Below, piece after piece: positions 22,860-34,972 of a stretch of DNA of 64,000 bases (position 1 is the stretch's first letter; every line of letters begins with the position of its first letter). The DNA comes from Lepidodermella squamata. Its lineage: Eukaryota; Animalia; Gastrotricha. Location of the stretch: positions 1,178,001 to 1,242,000 of the forward strand of contig JBLDXI010000046.1 in the NCBI GenBank assembly GCA_047495785.1, in the 5' to 3' direction. The position numbers were made by a program, and so were the translations under genes. The notes beneath the pieces were generated by a model. It did no database searches. It had not been told where the DNA came from and saw nothing but the letters and a program-made list of their open reading frames with translations.

Positions 22860-24388
22860 TTTATAATCCTATTGAGTGCGAAAAATTCATTAGGTCAGTA
22901 AGAGCCAGAACAAGAAAAGCCGCACAAACAGCGCATCATAAGCTGAGAGCTGCTGCGTGCTGCGGCCTCGCCTTTAGGAAGGCAATTATTGATCTTTTGG
23001 ATCTTGGATATTGCATAAGTTTGGCTTTCACAGCTTTTGTGAAACACTGAGACTCACGTGAAAATCACAGCAGAGCATTGCGGATTCTTACCTTCCTTTC
23101 TTTGCTCTTTTCGAAAGACACAAGCCATAAGCCCATCGCGGATCGCGGCATCATTGCCTACTCTGCCGGCGTAAAGGCTTTTGGCTCGGCGCCGAAGATT
23201 TTTGAGCCTCAAGGTCATTTTGTTGTGAAATAATATACTGTGAATTTTTGTGTTATCAGTTGTTTTATCCAAAATTACAATTGTATGTTAGATATTTCAT
23301 AATTCCTCGAAAAAATATCGGGCGCATTCATGCTTCGAGCGCGCTTTTTTTGCCGGTGCGCGCGCTGAAGTACCAAACGCAAGCCAGCCTTGCAGCCCCG
23401 AACTTTTACGGTTGGAATCTTGTTGCCCTTTCCCGTCCGGGCGCATCTGGCGCGCTTCACTGTAACCGTAGCCTGGAACTTGGGCAGGAGGTTGCTGGCG
23501 GCGACCGTTGCCCGTCTGTCTCGGAAACCAAAGGAGCAGGCGCTTTCAGATTTCAGAATGTGTAGGAGCGTCTACCGGTTGACGTTTCTGCGGAGGGCGG
23601 CTGTCAGCTGGGCTGCAAGGCCGTCAAGTTTTTTTCCTTCATTGCTCGTTCTCGGCCTTCAGCCACGCTGTGTTGGCATTTGGCATATGCCTGAACTCAC
23701 AACATTAATTGCACCGATTACGTTGTTCGATGCCGATACTAGTTCGCTCTCGGTGCTCGATCGCGCAGGGTAGCCGTCCTGCAGCTCCTTCTAAGCCGCG
23801 TCGCTGCTGTACGATCGCCAACTGCTCTCGCAGTTCGACGACCTCTCGTGCCATTTCTTCTATCATCGCGTGGTCAGGAGCGCACCCTGCGGTGGCGGGT
23901 GTGCCGCCATTCCCGCTGGCTCATCCGCATGGCAGTCTTGGTGTTGCAGGGGCTTAGATCAGTGCCATTGTTAATGATGAACTATTAATGAACTATTGAA
24001 GGGATTTTCACAAATTTCAACCGCTGCTACTAATGTAACGTAGACGGTTGCTTAATGGCAGAGGACTAGATGTATAACCCAAAGTATTGCTTCTGTTGCG
24101 GGAGTAATTGATAGCGCTGGATGGAGTGCCAATGATCTTTTTCGAGAACCGAAGCGGCTTGAACTGTCTCTTCACCAAATGCGACAAACCGCATTCCCTC
24201 TGTTTTGCACTGTTTCTGTTAACTGACCATACGGATAATGGCTTTGGCTGCGTTGATAACAAGCTGTTAAACCAGATGAAACTCTGTAGTTTGATAGGTT
24301 TTGATCTTCGAAGGCTTAAGGCTTCTTAGCGATTACCAGAATGCCTGATTGTATTGATTGTATATATTTCTTAGGTCTATTACAAACA

Positions 24389-24899
24389 ATGAGTGTCAGT
24401 GGTAGCAGTGGGGACGAGCAAGTCTCCCCCTCAACCCCTGTCGGCCAGCAGCATGATGCAGATCGTGGTGAGATGGTAGACGATGCCGAGCAATATGGCG
24501 GTGAGGATACTGACGAGCTCAATGAAAAGCGTCGACTTATTCGAGAAATCCTGGAAATGCAGGCAACTTTAGAAGGTATTCTTTCTTATATCCCTGGCTT
24601 CGTTCTCATATTGTTTTGATTTGCTAGCATTGAGTGGTCGAGTCGACTCTGTTCGGGAAGAAAACTTGCGTCTTCGGTCCGAAAATCAAGTTTTGGGGCA
24701 GTATATTGAAAATCTCATGCAAGCTAGTCAAGTCTTCCAAGCTATTCCCCCGTCGAAAGCTGCCGGCGGAGCATTGCCTGGAAGGTCTAATATGCCACAA
24801 AATCAGCAATCAGCGGGACGTTCGGGTAACAATCGCTCAAACGGAGGTTCTAGCGGCCCTGTTCGTGGCTCAAGAGGCGCCCTAAATGGCTCTAAATAA
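24389..24899 (+). CDS. SCOC: Short coiled-coil protein (SCOC/UNC-69)
   Basis: [17 protein letters not shown]-[intron ~24576-24628][38 protein letters not shown] matches the SCOC coiled coil. Confidence 0.9.
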
Positions 24900-25106
24900 C
24901 AGACAATCGCTTATTATTGAATATGATCTATTGTTTCATCGATCTACTGTGTAATAGTCGCATGACTTGATGGCTTATTGTGTTGTCAGCTCTTTTTCAG
25001 TGTGAATTTTTCTTTTATCAATGAAATATAGTTATTTATTGTGTTGTCAATACAGAATGAATCTTTGAATAAGTATTTCAATTTTTATTATTAGGAGTTT
25101 TAATTA

Positions 25107-25310
25107 ATGCTGAATAGCCAATCTCCTGCAGTGCTTTACCGAGCGCTTATGCGGTATAGCAACCAGCTGAAACTAACTGATAAGAAGTTTTTCCGCCAAA
25201 AAGTTCGCTCGAAGTTTGAGCTATCGAAGCAGTACGTCGATGATCAAGATGAATTGAAGCGGTTGTTCGATCTTGGGTGGAAATTGATAGCTAATGCGAA
25301 AGTTTTATAG
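25107..25310 (+). CDS. LYR-motif microprotein, AltMIEF1 (L0R8F8)-like mitoribosome assembly factor
   Basis: 67 aa with LYRALMR..QLKLTDKKFFRQKVRSKFE, matching the LYR..L..TD..F....R..F pattern of AltMIEF1-type LYRM proteins. Confidence 0.75.
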   Translation: MLNSQSPAVLYRALMRYSNQLKLTDKKFFRQKVRSKFELSKQYVDDQDELKRLFDLGWKLIANAKVL

Positions 25311-25357
25311 AGTGCTAAATCAAGTTTTTTTTCACTATTTTAGAGTTGTTTCTAGTC

Positions 25358-26069
25358 ATGTTGGGTCGGCAGTTGTTAATACGTGGCCAGGAGCTACTTG
25401 CTCCGATCTGCTGCGGAAATCTGTTGACCAAAGTTGTGCAAAACCAGCAGGTTCGAAATGCTGGATTCATGCCAAAATTGCCGCGTGGTCTCTTCCGCCA
25501 GTTTCGCCCATCGAAACCGACCGAATTCTTGCGCTATAATGAGGTCGTTTACCCGCCACTAGTCGACGGCCCTCGTCGACCGGCTGAGGTGTGTCACCAA
25601 AGGCCGAATATTAAAGGCAGCCCTGATAAAGCGTGGTACCTTTGCGCTATGATTCGTGGCATGTCGATTGATGAGGCAATCAAACAATTGTCATTCCACA
25701 AGAAGAAAGTGGCGACTGATTTTGTTGAAGTTCTTAAGGAAGCTCAGGTTTTAGTCATTTCTACTTTTTATCGATTTTTTAATGATTCATTGAACGTAGG
25801 AAATGGCTGTGAGAGATTTCAATGTTGAATTCAGGTCGAATATGTGGGTTGAATCGGCGTATCTAGGCAGGGCGCCTAACGTGAAAAGCGTCCGGCGAGG
25901 CGCTCGTGGCCGCGTCTCAATTCTCGAATATCGCTATTTCCATCTGTTCGTCCGGCTCCGAGAGGGCCAACCACCAGCCCGCTACTACCCAGGGCAGCAG
26001 AACGGCTTCGACGCTGCTGCTCGGTTCATCGCCGAAGAACGGTCCCGCTCAATTGATAAAGGACTCTGA
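25358..26069 (+). CDS. MRPL22: Mitochondrial ribosomal protein uL22m
   Basis: YNEVVYPP..RRPAEVCH..NIKGSPDKAWYL..IRGMSIDEAIKQLSF, intron 25749-25799, then EMAVRDFNVEFRSNMWV..YRYFHLFVRLREGQPP. Confidence 0.93.
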
Positions 26070-26160
26070 AAAAAATCATTATTTGTTTAAAAGAGTGCCG
26101 AGTTTTAAGGAGGATTTTTTCAATTTTATTTCTAGATTTTTTAAGTGTGTAATAAGTGTT

Positions 26161-28530
26161 ATGTTGCGTTGGGACGCCGCGCGAAATGAAGTCCAGCCCT
26201 GTGAATTACCGCCCTGGTGGCTCAACAAAGCTGGGTTCGACGGAGCCGAACAGCTGATTGAATTCATCAAATCTTACGATGGACCGAGGAAAACAGATCA
26301 CCAGCTGGTTGAGCCAGACCTGCGTCACTCGATTATTCAGCTGAAAAACGATATTTTCAACGTTGAGGGTGATGAGCAGTCCGGCAGCCCGGAGTTTGGC
26401 GAACCGGGTCGGCCGAGCCGTTCGCCGATTCCTATGGCTGAAAAGGAGCGAATTCGCCGCGCTCGTGCTGCTGTTAACCCGTTTGAACAAATCGGCCGTT
26501 CGGTTTTCATCAACCGAGCTGCTGTTAAGCTGGCGAGTATCGATGCGGCTCTGGGTTTTATTCTGTCTGAAAACAACCCCCAGCAGCGACTCTCTTTCGC
26601 CGATTTATGCGGCGGACCCGGTGGCTTCACCGAGTACATTATCTGGCGTCTTTCCGGTCTAGCCAAAGGCGACTCGCTCAATCCTTCCGACCGCGTTCGT
26701 GGCTTCGGGCTCACACTAAAAGGCCGCCACGATGACTTTCAGCCCGGCCACTGGTGGTCTCTTCAGAAACTCAAGGGCGATCTTCCTTTCCAGGCCATTT
26801 ACGGCCCGCATCCTGATTCGGATGGCGACATTACTGTTGAGGAGAATCGCAGTATTTTTATTGATACTGTCCGATCTGCTGCTCCTAATGGTTGTGGCCT
26901 TGTGCTGGGCGACGGCGGCTTCGACATGTCAGGCCGCGAGGAGAAACAAGAAGTTCTCATTTCCAAACTCCTCGCCTACGAATTCGCCACTGCCCTTCCG
27001 CTGCTTGCTCCTGGTAATAAAAAAATATAATTTCAATGAAATCCTCCTTAATTATTGAATTTTTCCAGGTGGCAATTTTCTGTGTAAATTGTTTGATGTT
27101 GCTTCGCCTGTTACTGCTACTCTTCTTTACGTGCTTTCTACCTTTTTCGAGAAAATGACTATTGTCAAACCAGTCACATCACGCCCGGCTAACGGAGAAC
27201 GGTGAGTGCCATCTTATTTTAGGCTGGGCCGATTTACCTTAATGTGGTGTAACTTTAGAATAAACCATTAATAAAAAAATCAGTCTAAATACAAAAAAGT
27301 TGATATTTTGGGGAAGATACTTAATTTCTGATTTGTCTGCAAATTTCGGCGAATTTTCCCATGTTTTTGGCGGTTTCGAAAAAATGTCTCGGAACCAAAT
27401 TTCAAAATTGTGCACCCAACGGAATTTAAGAAACGTTTTTTAAATGAATCCTGGAAATTTTAACTGGCGTATTTGGAAAGAATATGAGCAATCACTTATT
27501 CAAAATTGAGTTCCGCTTGCGGTCAAGTATTGGTTTGCTAGAAAAGAGGCCCATTTAAACAGTTTTAGCGTTAAGTTGGATAATTGGCGGATAATAATTT
27601 CGAACGCTTTGCATAACAATATATTCTCAAATTCGCTACTGACCCGTGTAATTTCGTAAAAATTATGAAGAGCCTCGGAATAAAAAATACGAAATTTTTT
27701 ATATTCGCAAAAGCAAAAAATGACCCCAAAAATGAACTTAACTTCAGGTGGATGCCCTGCTTGGTTGGCTTAATTGTACGAAAAAGAAAAACACCTTAAA
27801 AAATAACTATTTTTGCGTTTTTCCCTTTCGCAGTTATGTCGTCTGCACCAATTTTTTGGCACCGGACGCTGTTTCGGTCGTCGATGAGATGGTGTCGCTT
27901 TTGACACGTGCTGCTAATGCAATCGACACGGCCGATGCGGACGCCGAGGCCGCCGCGCGCAGTTTCGCCGGCGTCATCCCCGCCGAGTGCTTGCCTCACG
28001 ATTTCATCGTCTTTCTCCAGAATCTCAACAACGAAATCGCCGCGCGTCAGAAAGCCGCCTTAACCGAACTGCTCGCCGAAGCACGTGACCCGACGCGTCT
28101 CAACGCCATGTCGCCGGCTGCCGCGCTCAAAATCGCCAACGAATGCTCAAAGCTGTGGCACCTGCCGCCGGTCTCGCAAACCAGCCCGCCGGGTACGAAC
28201 GGGTCGAGGCCGTCCGGTCTCGGCAGCAACTCGACCCCGCGTCAAAGCGCGATGTTCGACAGTGCTTCGTCCGTTTCGGACTGGCGGGCTCAAAAAGCGA
28301 CGGCTAAACCCACCCCGCCCCAGCCTATCCAACAGTCCTGGCAACGCCCGTCCGGTCTAGCGAATGGCATGCCGTTCTACAACCAGAACAATCAAAATCA
28401 CAACGGCAACGGCGGCGGGTTTTTCTCGAAAAGCACGCCTCCGAATGGCGGCGGCGGCATGTGGAACTCGAAGCCGCGTGGAATCGCCGACTCCGTTTCA
28501 AGCTGGCGCCGTCAGTCACCTGCTCAATGA
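26161..28530 (+). CDS. CMTR1: Cap-specific mRNA 2'-O-methyltransferase 1 (FtsJ/RFM domain only)
   Basis: NPFEQIG..FINRAAVK, FADLCGGPGGFTEY, GFGLTLKG, DGDIT, GDGGF, GNFLCKLFD, KPVTSRPANGER-YVVC (K-D-K-E tetrad); three exons (26161-27013, ~27070-27201, 27834-28530). Confidence 0.85.
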
Positions 28531-29037
28531 ATTGAATGAAAAAACTGAACTTAATTGACAGATCAAATGATGATTTTTCTCCTTCTCTTTTGCTCTCTCG
28601 CGCTGGCACTCGTCATTTGTATTTTTTTTACTCTTTTGCTCATACTCTTTCGTTGATACTTAATTTCGGGCTTTGACAGTCCGTTAAGGTGGCGGTCATA
28701 ATAGCAACCGTTAGAAGCCTCCGCAAACACGGTTCTTTTTTCAACCGTGAGATTTTCTGGTCCTCCCTAATATTTGATTGACGCTAAAACCTTCCACCCA
28801 GACTTCCTATTTACGCATAATGATTATACATATGGTTCTAAATTTGCAGCGATTGATGCAAAATATTTCTTCAGATTTTTTCCCTGATTTATGAGAGCTT
28901 GTATATCAAAACATTTTTTGACGATGCAAACAAAATAAAACTGATTATTTTCTAACAATTTTATTGCGAAAAGTCATGATTACAGTAAATCTGATGATAA
29001 AGTTATAGGTGAAAGAGAAATGCAACAAGCGAGGGCA

Positions 29038-30279
29038 TCATGCAGTTGATTTGCTAATTTCTTCGACATGGCCAAGTTTGAACACCCTGAACTGGCCAAT
29101 AACGCTTTTCAGTAATTGTCCATCGGGTTTGAATGTGATTGAACCGATTGCAGCTGAAGAACCTCCGGGCTGTTTTAGTTTTTCAAGCGCTTTCACCTTA
29201 AAAATGACAAAAAAGAATAAAGAAACATGCATAAAAAAAATTATCTTACCTCATCGTCACGATCCGAGATCTTTTTGTGCAGCTTAACAATTTCAGGCAG
29301 AGAACAAACAAGGACAGATTTAGATTCCAGAGTTCCGATTTCGGCGCCAATTTCGCGATCAAATTGTGACTTATCCCCCACATTTTTCACCACAACCTTC
29401 AAATGCTCGACCCGCTTTTCGGCGAATGACCGAACTTGTTTCAGCAAAGTTTCTCGCTCCTGATCGATTTGAGTCCTAACAGTCGATTCTAACACGTCGC
29501 AAGCATCTCGAATTTTCGCCTCGATTTGCTGCAAATTTTCCGCGACAATTTTCTGAATTTCTTCAATTTTTCCATCAGCCCCGTTCAGGGCCGATTCAAC
29601 CCGGGTGGGCAGCAACCGGCCTCGTTGAATGATTTCCATTTTCAGGAATTCTGAATGAACAATCTGACAGCGGTCGCAAAATTTCGAATTGCAGTGTTCG
29701 CAATTGACGGCGCTGGCGCTGGTCAAAAAGCTCTGATGCGGGCAGTACTGAAAACTGCTATCACTGGGCTTCGAAAAACTCTGAAATGCGGTGGCCTTCG
29801 CCGAATATTTCTTCAATGCCTCGGCACCACGCTGAAGTTGAATATTCGTTTTAAAATCTGATAAAATGAATTTTTAAGGAGGAATTTTTCCGAATTCCGA
29901 AAAAATTACCGTTGACACCTCCGATGCCCAGGAAACTTTGAGCCCGGCAATCAGGGCAGGTGACTATCTGCTTGTTCGTCTCTCGTTGTGTAACCTGTTG
30001 CAGACAGGGTAGGCAAAAACAATGACCGCAGTTGGGCAGATTTTTCGGGGTATTGTAAGTATCGAGGCAGATACTACAAGTGAACGCCTGAAAGGAAATT
30101 TTTTAAACTTTCATTTTTAGATAATTTTAGTTCCTTACAGCAGTTATATCATCTTCCGCTTTAGAATGAGGCTGAGTATCAATAGAGGGCTGAGGGACCT
30201 TGAAAGTGAAATTGAAAGGAATCGGAACAGCGGGGACAGCTGGTATCGCGCTAGCACCGGCAACAATCGGGCGAGACAT
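29038..30279 (-). CDS. TRIM-like RING + B-box-like + coiled-coil protein without ankyrin
   Basis: Exon 1 MSRPIVAG..DITA, RING exon (CSIC..CGHCFCLPC..CPDCR), B-box-like CPH..CEHC..FCDRC..H, coiled coil, short last exon ending ..SKSTA*. Confidence 0.78.
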
Positions 30280-30357
30280 TATAAATTACAAAAAGGCCTA
30301 AATAAAATCGTTCGAAATCACATACAAAAATTGCCTCGATTCATCAAGTACAAATTT

Positions 30358-32004
30358 TCAGTCAGTAATACATCCGAAGTTCATCGATGAAAGACGGCTT
30401 AAAATGTTGCCAACCAACTTGGGATCCTCTCGAAATACGATACTACTCGCAACTGACGTTAGATCAGCATTTTTCATCGATTCAAGATTCGCCACCTTAA
30501 TAAAAAAATTCAGAAAAATATATTAAAAATTAAAAAAATTAACCTCCTCAATACGCTCGGAAATTTTTAGGTATAAGTTTGTTAAATCTTCGAGCTGGCA
30601 ATGCAGGACAGATTTGGAGGCTAATCGGTCCATTTCTTTGAATAATTCCGAGTCCTGCTGACGTTTCGTTCGAACATCATCAGCAGCCGTGACGAACTTG
30701 CTCAGTTGTTTCTCGCTAATCGAGTTGACAACGCCTATCAGCGCGGCGTATTCTCGATCGATCGCCGCTATGATGGCGGCTTTCAGGCCTTCTCGAGCTT
30801 CAACAACTTTCCGCTCGGCCTGCGATCGATTTTCTTCAACGGCATTCGTCACGGCTACGATTTTCTCGTCAAGCTTTTCCAACGCGTTTTCAACACGCTT
30901 TTCAATCTAAAAAATGAAATGAAAGAAAAAACAGCGAAAAAATGATAAGAAAAAATGGGAGATAAGGCAGTGGCAATAAGAAATTACCTCATCTTTTTGC
31001 GAGATAATTTCCAGCTTCATTAGCTCCATGTGTGAAATGAGGCATTTTGAACAGAACCTGCTGTTGCAATGGCCGCATAGCACCGCGCCAGTTGAGCGCG
31101 AATGCGGGCATCTATCCGATAGACTCGGCCGTTTTTCGTCGACTGGCAAAACCGGCGAAGGCGGCTCGGAGACAGGTTTCGTCGGAGCTTGAGCCATTTG
31201 TTTACGCAAAACTTCAGCGCCTCGTTGCAGTTGAATGTTAGTCTTCAGCTCAGCGATGCTAACATGATTGACCGAGCGGCAATCAGGGCAAATAATGCGA
31301 TTGTTAGCACCTTCTCGTAGGGCAGTTCGTTCGATGCACGTTAAGCAGTAACAGTGACCGCAGCTTGGCAAGTTTTTCGGCGTTTTGTATAAATCCAAGC
31401 AGACACTGCACGTGAAAACCTGAAAAAATAGCAAAATTAAAAAATTAACCTGAATTTTGTAAAAAGAAATCCTCCTTAATATTTAAAAGGGACAACTGTG
31501 TTTTCCAATGGTTGAAAATCAGCCTTATAGTTTCAAAAATTTTGTAATTTCAACCAAAGATGGGCAAGGTGATTCCTGAATTTCGAGAAATAAATCGATT
31601 TTACCCGATTTTTAGCAATTTTAAATGATTTAATTAACGTTTAATTTTTGAAGCTCATTTGCATATGCAAGGTGATTTTTGCGTGTTTCAAATTTACAAT
31701 TTTTATGATATTTTTTTACAAAATTTGCACTCACAGTTTCCATTTCTGGCTCGGGATCGGGAAAAATCGCGTTAGCGGGTCGAGCAGTCTCGCGATGCTT
31801 TTCGCTAGGTTTTTCGACTGGCCTGTCGACGTAAAGAAAATCAGCGCGAGACTGAGTGTACCGTCTTCGATTGTTAACATACGCTGGGTTTACGGGACGC
31901 GATCGTTGCGGCGCGAACAGCGTCATTCCTCTGCTCAACTCTTGCTCCTCGCCTGGAACCCTGCGTGCCGTCGACGTTCCAACACCCGGACCAGCAAATA
32001 TCAT
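30358..32004 (-). CDS. TRIM-like RING + B-box-like + coiled-coil protein without ankyrin
   Basis: Exon 1 MIFAGPG..PEMET (GTGAGT donor), RING CSVC..CGHCYCLTC..CPDCR, B-box-like CPH..CGHC..FCSKC..H, coiled-coil exon ~30545-30906, last exon VANLES..CITD* ending at 30358. Confidence 0.78.
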
Positions 32005-32114
32005 TACAATTTATCAACAAATGTGTCTATAGTTGTTAGATCGAGTAGATATTTAATGCAAAAACCTCAAAAATTGATTATATAACAATGATGACGATGG
32101 AACGTGCAAAAAAA

Positions 32115-33694
32115 TTATGTAGATTCGTCCAAGTTGTCTTGGGCGCCGTTGTCGATGAGGAAATCTGCCACATCGCTGTCTTCGTCTTGGGACGCTAGAC
32201 GAAGAATGGTTCTTCCTTCAGGTCCCAAAGCGTTGATGTCCGCACCCTTTCCAATCAAGAACTCCAAATTATCGATCCGGCGATTAATCACAGCCATTTT
32301 CAGAGGTCGGAACCAATCACTGGCCCAGTGCTCCCGAGCAGCCTGATTCTTCTCAAAGAAATATTTCAAAATTTCAACATTCGAATTTGCAGCGGCTAAA
32401 TCAAGTGGCGTGTAGCAAAATGGTTCTCGGTCTTCTGCGAAAATGTCCGCTTCCATTTCCTCGACTAAAAATCTGACCAGGTCGATTTTGCCGGATTCGA
32501 CGGCATTGTGCAATAACGTACGATCGAAATCCTCTTCGTCTTCGTGACTCAACAGATCATCTATAACTTGTTTAGATATGTTGGGCCTGGTGAGGTGATG
32601 CTTAACCATCTCAGTATCCCCACCCCTCGCGGCATTATGCAGCTCGAACGGCAGCCGCACTTTCATCTAAAAACATCAAAATTAAAGTTTTTCCGCAATT
32701 TCGAAAAAAATTTACAATTTCTTCCGTTTCAGACGTGTCCTTCCATTCAACTGGTTTGTCTTCGAAAATTAATTCAGCCAATTCATCACAAAGCTCAGAA
32801 TTTGGTTCCACGTCAATAATGCCACCGATGAAACTTCGCTCAAATTGTTCGGCATGTTTGCTGATTTCGTCGGATTTTTTCGAGATCTTCCCATACAAAT
32901 CAGCGATTTCAGTGGTGCACAACTTGGCAACGGGATTCTCGCGTAAAATAGCTACTTGCCGCCTGATTTCGTCCATTTCTAAGCCAGCTGTTGGAGATTT
33001 ATTCTTCAACAAACCCATTTCATTCAGCTTTTTGTAGTAAATCGCGTCAATTGTCTCGAGCAGATTTTCGTACCTTTTATCCAGTATAACAAGCAGGTAC
33101 TCTTCCATTTCTTTTCGATCTCGATCAGCCTTCGCGATGGCTTCGTATCTTCGTTCTTCCAAATAACGCTCTGCCGTTCCGACTCGACCATTATCCCGCC
33201 GTCTATCGTCAATTTTCTCGAGAGTTTTGATAATTTCAGCTTTAAGCAACTCTGAATGAACCTTTTGGCAACTTTCGCAGAATTTCACCCCGCAATGAGG
33301 GCAAGAAGGCGGCGTTTTTGTCAGGAAGACGTGATTGCAATGATCGGACAGCGTCTGAATCCTGGAAGCATCGCCAACTTTTTGAGCATTTTCGAACTCC
33401 TCAATCGCTCTTTGGAGTTGAACATTGGTTTTCAGGGCTCCAATACCACCTGGGCCTAGACGACTCAGCGTATTACAATCAGGGCATTTGACTGATTTGG
33501 CATAGCCAAATCCTTTCAGTAGGCAGTTCGAGCAGAACGAATGCCCACAGGCCGGCAAAACTTTTGGAATCTTGTAGAGACTCGAACACAACTGACATTT
33601 GAAAGCCTGGCGTTTCAGTAGAATAAAAAAATGTAAAAAAATGTTGAAATATTTTTACCGATAACACTGAACTTGATGCAGCAGCTTCAGTCAT
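32115..33694 (-). CDS. TRIM-like E3 ligase with C-terminal ankyrin repeats (TRIM-ANK copy 3)
   Basis: Exon 1 MTEAAASSSVLS; exon 2 AFKCQLC..CGHSFCSNC..CPDC, B-box-like CNH..CPHC..FCESC..H, coiled coil ending WKDTSETEEI; short phase-0 intron; ankyrin exon 32115-32666 (LHNAARGG, LLHNAVESG, TPLDLAA). Confidence 0.85.
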
Positions 33695-33814
33695 GATAAG
33701 AACACTAGAATCAATCAATATTTGCACAGAATTTATTTTGCCTTGAATAATCACATTTGAATCATATTCTTTGAATCACATCTCTAACAATTCAATAAAA
33801 CAGTCTTATACATA

Positions 33815-34972
33815 TCAAATGTCAGCGAATTGAGCAATGAAAATTGAAGACGACTTTGGTTTTGCGCCAATCATTATCGGGAGGGTCGGGTGGTGAGCAA
33901 TGAAGCTCTGTTTTTCCAATGATATTTTCGAGTTTTTCAAGTTTCGCTTCGTGAAGTTTGCGTCAGAGCCGGAAGAATAAAACAAAAACAAATCGTCAAC
34001 GCCACAGCTCAACAAGAAAGAATTTTTCACAGTTGGATGCCAAATAGGCCGTAGATTTCGGGAAGAATCCGGAAAGCACTTGATGATTTTGAGATGGGCA
34101 AATGAAGGTTCCAAACGGTACAGGCGTAGAGCATCGTCGTTACAGTTGGCAAGGATAAAACCAGGATCCATAGGGTTGAAATGAGCGTAATTTGCCGATA
34201 GATTGCGATGATAGGCTGCGGCGATAGGCTGCGACTCATCATCGAGACCGGATTTAAGCATTCTCGAGTCCCAAACAGCGATTGTAGGGTCGCTTGCATC
34301 CCATTTCGTCAGCGGCGAAGTCGTGCATATCAAGCTCGTGCATGGGAAGGTTGAAACCGAAGCTAAAGGCGACCGACAGGCAGCAAAAGTTTCGAAGCCA
34401 CCAGAACGAGAATCAAACCTGGTCAGTTTTCCATCACGTTGACCAAGCCATAGATTGCCATTCTCTCTCTGGCTCAATCCGGTGAACGGCACTTTATCCT
34501 TATGAACGTAAACAGTCGTGACACATTTCTCAAGCTCATTTTGATAAAGCTGGCCATCCGATCCGCACGACAGCAAGTTAGAATTCTCAAAGGTAATACC
34601 GGTTACGATCCCTTTGTGGGAGGCCAACTTTTGCATCCCATTTTCAACAAGAACCACGACTTCACCCGACTCACTGCCAGCAGCAAAAATTAGCTTCGAA
34701 ATCGATGGATGGATTCCAAGGGCACTGACTTGATCAACCAGGCTAGATTCGCAAACAGATATCGCTGCAAGTTGGAGATTTTCAGGGCCCGGAATTTGAT
34801 TTATTTTACTAGAATATTCGGCAAAACTTGGTGGTGCTTCTTCTGCAGGCTGTGGGTAACCTTCGTGATTACCACTAGCAACATGCTTATCCAACGGTTT
34901 ATCAGAAATGAAAGGATTCACGAATTCTGGTTGAGCCCAATCGCCATAAGATAAACTTTCCGATTCTGTCAT
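33815..34972 (-). CDS. WD40-repeat protein, WDR76/CMR1/DDB2-like
   Basis: Intronless ORF with VSALGIHPS..AAGSESGEV, HKGIVTGITF, TIAVWDSR, AHFNP, RPIWHP, HHPT motifs resembling the WDR76/DDB2 propeller; likely start MTESES at 34972. Confidence 0.65.
   Translation of the reverse strand: MTESESLSYGDWAQPEFVNPFISDKPLDKHVASGNHEGYPQPAEEAPPSFAEYSSKINQIPGPENLQLAAISVCESSLVDQVSALGIHPSISKLIFAAGSESGEVVVLVENGMQKLASHKGIVTGITFENSNLLSCGSDGQLYQNELEKCVTTVYVHKDKVPFTGLSQRENGNLWLGQRDGKLTRFDSRSGGFETFAACRSPLASVSTFPCTSLICTTSPLTKWDASDPTIAVWDSRMLKSGLDDESQPIAAAYHRNLSANYAHFNPMDPGFILANCNDDALRLYRLEPSFAHLKIIKCFPDSSRNLRPIWHPTVKNSFLLSCGVDDLFLFYSSGSDANFTKRNLKNSKISLEKQSFIAHHPTLPIMIGAKPKSSSIFIAQFADI

Larger units (their letters stand above)
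24389..28530 (+). other. Putative polycistronic unit SCOC - LYRM - MRPL22 - CMTR1
   Basis: Stop-to-ATG gaps of about 207, 47 and 91 nt; a T-rich TAG acceptor lies about 12-25 nt before each ATG. Confidence 0.6.

Noticed and set aside
26105-26113. AAGGAGG as a Shine-Dalgarno site
   Set aside because: Eukaryotic intron-containing genes; the motif occurs in both orientations and mostly in introns, not at a fixed distance from start codons.
25906-26160. N-terminal extension of CMTR1 overlapping MRPL22
   Set aside because: Artefact of a GTG start; the likely ATG is 26161, after an acceptor site.
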